From Tubiluchus corallicola (taxonomy: Eukaryota; Animalia; Priapulida): DNA of 38,197 nucleotides. A program made the position numbers and the translations under genes. The stretch spans positions 1 to 38,197 of the forward strand of contig JAQGDQ010001494.1 in NCBI GenBank assembly GCA_030141605.1, written 5' to 3'. The notes beneath the pieces were generated by a model. It was given only the letters and a program-made list of their open reading frames with translations, did no database searches and had not been told where the DNA came from. The stretch's first letter is position 1, and every line of letters begins with the position of its first letter. This document shows, one piece after another, positions 1 through 11,500 of the stretch.

Positions 1-1257
1 AGATTATCCAAATTTTCACCCCTTTGTATTACCATGTTATTTTAATAATTTCATTATTAATTTTGATTTTGTTAAATGAGTTATTCTAGTGTACAGTTGC
101 CAATATTTGCTTAGGCATTATTTTATATCTTTTTTTCGAAGACGTTTTTTTCAGGTTAGCTTCTTGTGTAATATTTTTAGCATCACCCTGTCAGAGAGTT
201 ATCCTACTTAGCTGTACTCCAAAATAGTTTTTGTAAAGCATTTAGATACTTGCAGATAACTTAGTAAAAATGTTTAATTAGATTTCTATTTCTTTTCAAA
301 TTGTTCACTATTATTTAGCCAAATGGTAAATGTATAATATCCAAATTATATAATAATTCGTGATATATGCTGCACTTGAAAATGTTTTTGCATTTGCAGA
401 AAAAATTGGCATTTGATCTACTTTGTGAATTGGAGTTTGAATTAAATTACATTGAAAATAAATTGTGTTCAAAACTTACTCATGTTTCGTTTAATTGTGT
501 GTTTAGTCGTTCAGAATTGTTGTCTTGGAAGTAGTGTAATTCATGAAGGAGGGTAGTTCATGTAGGAGGGTAGTTCATGTAGGAGGGAAGTTCATGAAGA
601 AGAGTAGTTCATGTAGGAGGGAAGTTCATGAAGAAGAGTAGGTCATGAAGGAGGGTAGTTCATGAAGAAGAGTAGGTCATGAAGGAGGGTAGTTCATGAA
701 GAAGAGTAGGTCATGAAGGAGGGAAGTTCATGAAGGAGGGTAGGTCATGAAGGAGGGTAGTTCATGAAGAAGAGTAGGTCATGAAGGAGGGAAGTTCAAA
801 AAAACAAAAACAAAAAAACAAAACAAAAAAACAAAAACAAAAAAAAAAAACAAAAAAACAAAAACAAAAAAACAAAAAACAAAAAAACCAACAACAAAAA
901 AACAAAAAACAAAAAAACAAAAAACAAAAAAACAAAAAGTTCATGAAGAAGAGTAGGTCATGAAGGAGGGTAGTTCATGAAGAAGAGTAGTTCATGAAGG
1001 AGGGTAGTTCATGAAGAAGAGTAGTTCATGAAGGAGGGAAGTTCATGAAGAACAGAGTAGGTGATGAAATATTACACAAGAAGCTAACATGAAAAAAACG
1101 TCATGAAAAAAAAAAACAAAAACAAAAAAGATATAAATAATGCCTAAGCAAATATTGGCAACTGTACACTAGAATAACTCATTTAACAAAATCAAAATTA
1201 ATAATGAAATTATTAAAATAACATGGTAATACAAAGGGGTGAAAATTTGGATAATCT
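1..1257. repeat. Left-end fold-back inverted repeat (1-~178 vs ~1066-1257) enclosing low-complexity sequence
   Basis: 1-130 is the near-exact reverse complement of ~1129-1257 (AGATTATCCAAATTTTCACCCC... / ...GGGGTGAAAATTTGGATAATCT). The match continues with mismatches and an A/C-rich insertion to ~178/~1066. Confidence 0.92.
541..1060 (+). repeat. 17-bp minisatellite (TCATGAAGGAGGGTAGT variants) interrupted by an A-rich (AAAAAAC-like) tract at ~798-938
   Basis: Tandem units TCATG(A/T)AG(G/A)AG(G/A)G(T/A)AG(T/G) are read directly on both sides of the A/C tract. It may be artefactual (see findings). Confidence 0.85.
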
Positions 1258-2004
1258 GCCCAGGACATGATAAACTTATTAATAACATCAGCAGATCGTG
1301 TCCACAAAACTAATAATAGCACAAGTGTATAACAGCCTAATCGTTATAGCTACAGTCACGTTAGGTACAGGGCTGTCACTGATTCTCACAAAGCTACAAA
1401 AAATTCTCTAAATTCATAGATGCTTACAAACCATATAAGGAATAAACAGATTTGCAAATTTGCAAGACAAGATGTTGCAGATGTTGTACGCGTGTATCAA
1501 ATTCACCTATCAAAAAATTGGTGGCATAGACAGGCGTTTCTAAAAGTTATTTAATTACATTTTAAAATGGCTGTTATAATATATACAAACTATATTAATC
1601 CTATAACTGTACATACACAATAAAAGATGTACATTTAGAAGTATTTTCAATACTTTCCTGTTTCTTATGAGCAACATTTGTATCAATCAGAAATGAATCT
1701 TTTAGTTTTTTAATTGTCATTTGCATTGCAAACTTACATGCATATGTAGCATATATTATTTGCCAAGAAAAACCATTATACTAATAAGTGAGTCATTAAC
1801 TTGAAGCCAAATTTATAAATAATTACTTTATGAAGTTAACTGTTTCAGCAAATTCTTTGACAACATCAAAAGAACAATCTGAATAGCACGAATCAGATTT
1901 ACAAGAAACATAATCTTAAGAGGTTTTATGACACCAGTAGCAGGTGGAGAAGTTTGAGACACAATAACTAAGGTTTTTACAAATTGCTTTACAATAAAAT
2001 CTAA

Positions 2005-2412
2005 ACAACTAAATACATATTCATATTCGCAAATATGTACATGCACATGTCTTCACAACTGCATACATATTCATATTCCCAAATACATACATGCACATAA
2101 TGTCTTGACAACTACATACATATTCATATTCCTGAATATGTACATGCACATAGTCTTGACAACTACATATATATTCATATTCCCAAATACACACATTCAC
2201 ATAAAGTCTTGACAACTATATAGATATTCATATTCCCAAATATGTACATGCACAAAAAGTCTTGACAACTACATGCATATTCATATTCCTAAAATGTATA
2301 TGCACATAATCCCTTGGGAACTACAAACATATTCATATTCTCGAATACATACATGCACATAATGTCTTGACAACTAGATAAGTATTCATACTCCCGAATA
2401 CACACATGCATG
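2005..2412. repeat. ~52-bp tandem repeat, ~8 diverged copies, just downstream of the zinc-finger ORF stop (probable 3' UTR)
   Basis: Recurring CATATTCATATTCCCAAATA...CATGCACATAA-GTCTTGACAACTAC at 51-53 bp spacing. Confidence 0.9.
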
Positions 2413-2500
2413 CAAACATGTTATAAATTCTCTCTCTACATCATTAACCGCAAATCTAAAGTTCAAAATCAACACGGGGAAAAAACGTCGGCTACAAGTG

Positions 2501-5500
2501 TTATAACTGTTCTCCATCTTTGATTCTACTAAACGTGTCGTTGTCAACATACACGACCTCCACGGTGCTTGGTGTAGCCACTTGCTGTAAAACTTGCTCT
2601 GCGTGCGAATCCATGTGCGACTGCATCTCACAGACGTCTGTAAACGTCTCACCGCACAGCGTGCAAGCGTTGTGATTATCAGCATTGTTCTGCCACACTG
2701 CATTGTGATTATCTGCATTGTCCTGCCACACTGCATTGTGATTATCTGCATTGTCCTGCCACAATGCATTGTGGTTATCAGCATTGTTCTGCCACACTGC
2801 GTCTTCCGGATTCACACAAGAACTGTCTCCCACGAGAAAATGCTCGATGTATTTCGCATGTGTCCCAAAATCTATCCCGCACTGACTACACATGGTGGTG
2901 TCGTGCGACATAAGGTGGTATTTCAAATCCACGTTTCTGCTAAACTCCTCACCACAGATATCACACGCAAAAATATGATTATGCTTCTTTCTATTCTCAG
3001 GGAACGGTTGCTCTGCTGTTGCTTCCACAGCTGCTCCTTCCGAACTCGCTTTTGCATCATCTTCATCCAAGCGATGTACTTTCATCAGATGCCGCTTCAA
3101 GTCGTGCTTTCGCGTCGACGTTCTCTTGCACACGAAGCACACAAACTGGCCTTTCCTTCTTGCTCTCACATCCTCATCTTCAGAAGGAGGAACGTTAATT
3201 GTCTGAATGTATTCCACGGCCTGAACGTCACTCGCAACAGCTTTGCTAGAAGACGGCGAGACGCCGAGGAGACTTTTTTCGATTGCACAAGCCGGAACCG
3301 AGTTTGTTTCCTCGGTGCTCATTTGTTTATTCATGTGGTGAGTTTTCTCGAAGTGGTTTCTCAGCTGATCTCGTGAACTACATGGATGGCTGCAAATTGT
3401 ACAGAAGAATGCCAACGTAAGATCAAGAAAACTCTCCTCTTCCTGGTCGTTTGTGTCGAGCTGATCGTGCACTAATGACAGGTGATCTAGCCAAGAAGAC
3501 TTACTGGGAAATTCTTCGCTGCACAAATGACAGTTGAAGACAATAGAACCTTCGTTACTAATGCCTATACCAGCTTCTTTAATAGTAACAGGGCTATTCA
3601 CCTGGTGATTTTCCTCACCATTCAGGCTTTCAATGTCCGCTGTACTGTCTACAACTTCTGCTTCAATCACATTATTATCATTGTTGTCAGTGTTCAGTGG
3701 TGTACATTTGACAAGATGTTGCTTCAGAGCTTGTTTGGTGCGAAAATATTTAACGCAATAAAAGCAGCGATGTAATTTCGGAAGTATATGCCTTTCCTTT
3801 TGTTTACTCACAGTCTTATTGTTGCATTTGAGCACACTTTGCGTAATGCTTTTACACACAACTTTGCCAGAAGACGGTTTGACCTGGAAGCAGTAAGTTT
3901 TGCTGTTATCACCAACATTGGCCATTGAGCTTGTCTTCCTTATATTAGCATCTGTTACATCCTGGAGTTTTACATCACCTTGAGTAGAAATTTCATCCAA
4001 CATGGAGGTAGCTGGTATAATATCAACATCAATGGTACGACTCGGCGTTTGTTTTACATTGGCAGGTTTAGATAGACGAGTTTCATCACTGCCAGTGGAG
4101 CTTTCAGCTACAGACGCGCTTCTTTTGAGAAGTTCATCTATTGGACGATTGGAAAATTTGCAAATTCGTTTCTTTTCCATGTGAGCTTTTAACTCATAAA
4201 TATCAGTACAGCCAAACCCGCAGCCATTACACCGTATTCGCGTGACTTTTTTTGCCATTTTGCTGCCTAGTGGAACTCGTTCTCTTTCTGTTATGTTTTC
4301 ACTAGATGAATTGACCGTTTGCTGAAGGGTGGTATCAGAGGTTTCGTTAGCACATTTACGGAAAGGCGTGTTGTCTGCGGTATTGATTTCCGCACAAGAA
4401 TGATTCTTGTCAATTCTATTCTTTGCACTTTTCAGTTCAAGTTTATCATTTTTCACACTGCTGCTGTTGTGCTGATGATATGATTTATTTTCAATTATCT
4501 GCTCATTCAGTAAATCGTTTTTAGTGTTTTCATGATTTCCATTTGCATCTAAAAGTACAATATTAGGCCCTTTATTGTCTGGACTAGCATTGTCCTTTCG
4601 CTCACCATTTAGAAACATTATTCTGGACTCGGCAGCATTTGCTTGTGGTTTTTCATGGCGATCAAGGCTTTCACATTTTAAAGCAATATCTGATTTTTCA
4701 TCATTAGCCAGTTTTGATGTCTCATTCGTCTGTTTGGCTTCAGCAGAATCTTTAATGGTGCCATTGTCACTGCCCTTTAAGACAGAAACACTTGACAAAA
4801 CGGTTAATGCTTTAGACATACACTTCTTGCCATCGTCAACCACTGAGCCTGATTTGCCTGATTTCTTCTTCTGTGCCTCAGTCGCTAAAAGGACAGATTC
4901 TTCACTTTCTATTAATAACCGAGATTTTTTCCTTTCTCGCTTTGACTCTGCGGGAAAATGAGAATCTTTGTCTTTGGCAATAATTGGCAAGGAAGCATTT
5001 TTAACTTCTACATCCCCTGTTTCAGAAGTTCCCTCATGCTTTTCCACAAGTTCGCCGTTCTTTTCAGCTTTACGCTTAACATTGGATATCAAAATACATT
5101 TAGAAGCACTGCTGATATTTCTACCTCTCTTTTGCCCTGCAGTAAATTTAGTCAGGACTGCATCATTTGAAACCATGGTATCTTCATTCGTAAATTCGGT
5201 ATCCATTTCTTTGTTATTTTGAAGCAGTAACAGTGGTGTAGAATGATTTTCAGCTTCGGTCGCGATATTTTCTTCCGGAATTTTCTTTCCAGTTTTCAGT
5301 TGTTTTTTATGGGATTTTGTAACAACAATGCTACCTTTGTCCAAGTCTTTTTCTTCATTGTTAATCATAATTTGTGGCTGCATGTTTAGTTTCTGTTTAA
5401 CCAACCTATCATGTGCTGTTTCACTGCTAATCTTTTGTGAATTTTCACCTGATTTTTCTACCTTTTCCTTTTTGTTGGCCCTTTTCGTCTGGCGCATAGT

Positions 5501-8500
5501 CTCTTCGCTCTCCACCAATAATCGAGATTTTTTCCGAATTCGTTTTCCGCCTGTTGTACTGCAGGATTCATCACTAATGTCAAATTTTCGATCATCAGAC
5601 AAAGGCAATATGGCATTCTTTCCCTTTGCAGAATTCAAACCACTTGATGCAACACCACCAAATTCCTTTTCAACAGCACTTGCTCTATTTTCACGATAAG
5701 ATGGCAACAGCTCTTTTCTAGCCTTCTTTTTTCCAGATTGGATTTCATCATCTCCTTCTTCGATCTTTTTCGTCTGCTCATTATTCACTGCAAATGCACC
5801 AGACTTCATAGAATTGGCTTTGGAATTTGTTTTATTCAGACCTTGTTTCATGCCAGCAAAAAGAAGTTCCTCGCTCTCAATTAACCATTTAGGCTTTTGG
5901 CGTACTCGCTTCACTGTCTCAGTTTCATCACTTTTATTGAGTTCTCCACTACCAACTTTAAGCTGATTTGAAGGAGTTACAGCATTACGCTTGTTCACAA
6001 CGTTTGTGACCACAGGTATTTCTCGATGTTCAGCTTGCTCGGGCATCGCTGACACGGCAACAACATCCTCTCTAAGTTCTTTAGGTTGAACAATCAGTTT
6101 ACTGCAATTTCGTTTTCCGGGTGTTACCATAGCACTGTCACTCAACCATTTTGGTTTTTTACGTTCTCGCTTTGACACGGAAGCATCTCCACTACCATCT
6201 TCAGCACCAATGCTTTTATTGTCATAAATGATAAGTGACGCTTTTGGAACAGTTTTGTTTTCCGTTTTTAGGTGTTCAGCTACTATACTCTTTACTTTTT
6301 CATTGCTTGCTTCATCCAGGTGACTTGCATTTAGTTCCTTGTTTTTACGTGTTAGCTTATTGGTTTCCTCAGTTTCAATTAACCAAAGAGATTTTTTGCG
6401 TTTTCGCTTTATGTTGGTTTCATGTGATTCCAACATGGAGGCATCTGCATTTTCTTGCACATCAGAGTCTTTGGTGACGTCCAACAATACAATATCTTTG
6501 CTTCTACTTGGACGACTTTGTATGCACTTTTGCTCTATGTTTTTGGATACCCGTTTTGACCGATTCTTTGGACTTTCTTCGCTTTCAATCAATATCTGAG
6601 ATTTCTTTCGTTCTCGTTTCGGCATCGATATACTGTTTTCTTCACAACTTTTTAACGCTTTGCTTGGCAAATTATCACTTCTTTCCTTGATAGTACAAGG
6701 CAGCGATTCGCTTTTTCTGCTGCTATCTTTGATCTCTGAGCAACTGGTTATTGATGTTATTTCAAATTCTGTAGCCACTTCATTTTTCTTCTCTACAAAT
6801 GACAGCTGATTATACATGGGTTTACTACCTTTAATAATAGTCTGTCCTGCACTTTCGATAACTTTCCTACTAGGTGTTCGAATTCTGGAAGTTCTTGGTG
6901 ATTTAGTAGATAAATCATTGCTTTGAACTTTGCAATCTGTTTTCGCATGAGATACTGAGACAGTATGAATAACACCATCTGCTTTGGTGGAGCTGTTTCT
7001 TTCTTTACCCTTTTTGCATAAGCCTTGTTTCGCACTCTGCAAAATACCATTCTCTAACACAAAAGACTTTCCGTCTCGCTTTGGAGGTTTAATGCTTGTT
7101 CCTGATTGCAGAGATTCACTCCTTGATTCTTGGGAATTGTTATCCATTACTACTAATGAAGCTTTTGTAACTTCCACTGTTTTGCTGAGATTTGCAGCAA
7201 CACTTTCATGCTTTGGTATTTTTTTAGTGTCACTGCAAGCCTCTTGACAACTGATTAAGTTGTCAATAAGTGTTAAGCTTTGTTTTTCATCTTGTTTATT
7301 AGTTCTGATGTTGGAATTGCTTCTGTAAGTGGAAAGTGATTCAGTACAGGGTGGTGCATTCTTTTCAATCTCACCAGCAAAGCTATCTAACAAGTTTTCT
7401 AAATCTGAATCGTACGATTTGTTCTGATCTGCTTGATCATTAATAATGTTCAGATCATTTTCACACAAGTTTGGAAGTTCACCTTCAATCGGAGAATCAT
7501 GCAATATACTGTCTATCTCATCAGACAGATAGCCTTCATTTTCTTTTGCTATATCAGCATTAGCTCTATCCTCATGTTCGTCATTCAAGAAATTCTTGTC
7601 TTGTTTTAGATGGAAGTTAACTCCAGCTGCCATATCCTTTGCTACTCCACCAAGTTCACTGGATTTAACCTTTTCTAGGTGAGTTTCTTTAATTTTTCTA
7701 ACATTACTGATGTTAGGTGAGTTTAAAGAAACAGGCGAAGATAATTTTACACTATGCAGAGTCTCCGAAATATTTTTCCTTTGAGTAACTTTTTTCAGTT
7801 TTACATCAATTTCTCGAGGTTTTTCACTACGCGATCTGCTTCCAGTTTCCAAAAACGATTTCTGTCGAGCTCCTTCTACAGAACATACCACGGGGTTATT
7901 TTTATTCACTTTCCGCAAATCAGGATGCTTTAATTCCCTCATCTTTGAGAAATAGCTGTTAATGTCAAAAGTCTTCCCGTTACATGCCTGTAACTGAGCA
8001 TTAGACATTTTTCCACCAAACAGATTTCGTTTAGCGCTCGAAACTGGACTCGGGGAGAGGATCTCGTTGATGAGTTTGCGCATGTCAATACTGTCAACTT
8101 TTGGAAGTTTAATAACTGGTCTGTTAACAGCATACATTAGCTCTTGTTCATTCAGCTCTGGAACGTGAATAATTTCTTCATCGGACTCGTCCACATCATC
8201 ATAGATTTCCTTCATCACGATATCCTGCTTTTGTGCACGTCTATTACGCCTACCTGCAGTGTTTACATTTTTTGTCTTTAAACTACTTTTGAGGCCCTGT
8301 TGAGCGGGGCGAATTTTCTTCTTCCTGCCCCGTCTTTCGATTTTCTGTGTTTCTAAACATTTAATTTGAGCTCTTTGTTTTCTTGTACATGAAGTACGCG
8401 ATTTAGTTACAGATTTCAAATTCTTATTGCGGAAGTAATTTTGAACGGTATTTGTGTTATTCAAGCTAACGGTATATTTTTCAGTCAAATTAGCTGAGCA

Positions 8501-11500
8501 AGCTCTGATATGAGAGCTCATGGTTAGAATATCCGGAAACGTTACTTTGCATTTTCCGCAGAAGAACCCGCTGGCAACAACTGGGCCAGATGGACTAATA
8601 CTATCATTAATAATTAGACTTTGTGTTGTTGAGCTTGAACTCGAAAGTTTATCTGGAACAACTGGAGTATTTCGTAGGTTATTTAAACTTCTATCCCGGA
8701 TGGCGTCAAGATCACCCAGTTGAGTTTTAACTGGTGTGGTGTGACTGGTACCTAGTTTGGACACATCTTTTCCAGACGTTTGTTTTTTATCACTTACGCG
8801 ATGATTACTTGAATGGAGTCGATTATTATCGTGAGTAAGGACATGCTCTTCAAATTCTGGTCGAGTCGCAAATGATCGTTTGCAAAATGTACAAAAAAGT
8901 CCCTTCAAACGGCACGATGCAGTGTGTTTTTCATACAGTCTACGGACTTTGAAGGACTTGGAACATAATTCACAGTCAAAACGTTTCTGAGATTCACATA
9001 ACATTTTCAAATTTCCTGACTCTAGTTGATGCGCTTGGAGATCGTTGCATGTAATAAATATTCTACCACAATACAGGCAGAGTAACTTTTTATGCATTAG
9101 CAGCAGGTGTCCTGTCAGAGTCGGTTCATCGGAACATCTAACTGTACACATTGAACAACTTAGACCGCTTATGTCATCATGCGTTTGCTGATGATTCGCT
9201 AAGCCATCCAGAGTTGAATAACGCATCCCACAGATCTTACACGGGAAAGGTAGTTGATGTACGGCTAACGTATGGCACTCCAGGGCAGAATCGGATGGAA
9301 ACGTCTCTAAACAAAAGTCACAGTCACGAAGTTTTCCTGCGTCTACCTTTCCACTTAAGGTGCTTGATAATTTCCGCCTTTCATAATCTTTTAGAGAAGT
9401 AATTTGTTTGCCATCAGCCTGCAAGCATGCGAATAAATTTTGCCCTTTATCTTCCACAGGTTTGACTTCTTCCGTATCTAGCAAGTCTTGCACTTGATAC
9501 GTCGCCTGTTCCATTCCACTATCTTCTACTGGAGACACAATTAAATTCTGTCCTTGGTCTTTTGCACATTGTGGCAGTTCTTTTCTAGGTGATGATGGGC
9601 TGCTGCTGCACCGATGAGCTTTCAAAGCTTTTCGTCCGAGCAGCGTTGTCCCACATGGCACACAAACAATCTTTCTATGTGACAAATCATAGTGTTTTTT
9701 GTATAGGAGCATACTGTGAAATTTGGAGTGGCATTTTTTGCATGAGTAAAGCTGCTTTCCATGCTGATGGTGGATACGTTTGTAAACTTTCACATGCTTT
9801 CCAAAAACGACTGTGTTTCTTTGTTCCTCCGAAATCTGACTGCAATATTCTTCGTGCCTTCTTGCCATCGCGTAGAAATAAAATGTTTTTTTGCAAATTT
9901 TGCAACTGTAACGCAGAGAATCTTTTGAAGTCAAACTCTTCTGCTTTTTCTTGTGGATTTTTGTGTGAGCAAATAGTTTTGATTTACTGGAAAACGACAT
10001 ATTGCATTTGTAACACCTATTCGCCAACACACAAACAAATCTATGCCTTTTTAAAGCTAAAAGCGAATTGAATCCTTGAAAACATTTTGGACATGGTAAG
10101 CCTGCTCCATGTTTTAACAGTTTGTGCTTTCTAAGTAAGGACGGTACGCCAAAAGCAATGTTGCACTGATCACAGCGCGATACTGGAAAGTGGAGGTAGG
10201 AATGATAATTTAATAGTTTTACTGACGAAAAAGCTAACTTGCACTGCCTACACGTAAAACTGTGTTGTTCGCTTTTGCTGTCCTCGCCACGAAGCTTTAG
10301 CAGACACTTATCATTTTTCCTGGTCCCTCTTTCTATGCGAGTCTCTTTTTCAGTGATAATAGGGAACCACTGAAGATGATCCATTGCGGTGTGAGCACGA
10401 AGAGCAGCCCTGCCTGCGAAGCCAGTGTTACAAGGTTCACAAATCTGAGCATGATAAACTTTCTTTGTATACAATGCTGATGGACCATCAGGATAAACGC
10501 TACTTATATGCATTTTAAGATCATCCGCACTCTTAAACGAAATGCCACAAAGCTGGCAGACGCAATGAGCCATTATTAGATGCTCCCTGAGTTTCTCCGG
10601 CGAAGGGAATTTTCCAGGACACTTCTCACAGGACAATGCTTCACCAGTACTTGCGTCGTGCACTTTCAGATGCTCCCGCATTTCCAAATCATTTTTTGAA
10701 ACATGCAAACACCGACTGCACAACAACTTGTTGCCGTGGCTTCGCGAGACTTTCTGAAACAACTTTGTAAACAAAGCGTAGTCCACAGGATGACACTTTT
10801 CGTGATCCTTTACAACGCCGTAGTCGTTGTCGCTGAATGAGCAACAGAAACATTGAAACGTTGTCTTCAAATGGGATTTCAGGTGATGCATCATGTTGCT
10901 CTGAAACTCAAAAGTGCACTTGCACACTGAGCATTGATACACCAGCAACCGCATGTGAATACGCAAGTGTTGTAACAGTGAAGTATTCTTGGGCATTAAT
11001 CTACCACACACCGGACACGTTTCGTACTGTTTAATATCATCTATCAAGTTTATTACAGCCTCTCCTGCCACGTTCATTTCTTGCAAAACCGACATATTTT
11101 TACCTTCACCGGGCAGTTTTTGCTCTTCAACGGTAACATCATCACAGGTGTCGATGACATACGATGGATGATTTTCATTCCAGTGAGCAAGAAATTCATC
11201 AAAAAAACTAAAGTTCAAGTCGCAAACGCCGCAGTAATTTAAAGTTTGCATGCAGTAATGTAAGGACCGTAAGTGAGACTTTAGGCCAGAGAGCTTTTCA
11301 AATGGTTCAACGCAGAACGGACACACGTACGGCCAAGTCTTTGCATGATCTCGTATGTGATGAAACAGTTCGTATTTGCGCAGGAATAGCTTTTCACAAA
11401 CTGAACACTTCGCATGACACTTTTTGTGTTCAGCAACGCTTAGTGAATTCGTGCAATGAATGCCGCACACTTCGCACACGTTCTGCCATTTCTTGCGGGT

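Noticed and set aside
762-963. Lys/Gln-rich and Phe/Cys-rich 60-aa ORFs
   Set aside because: Translations of the A/C low-complexity tract.
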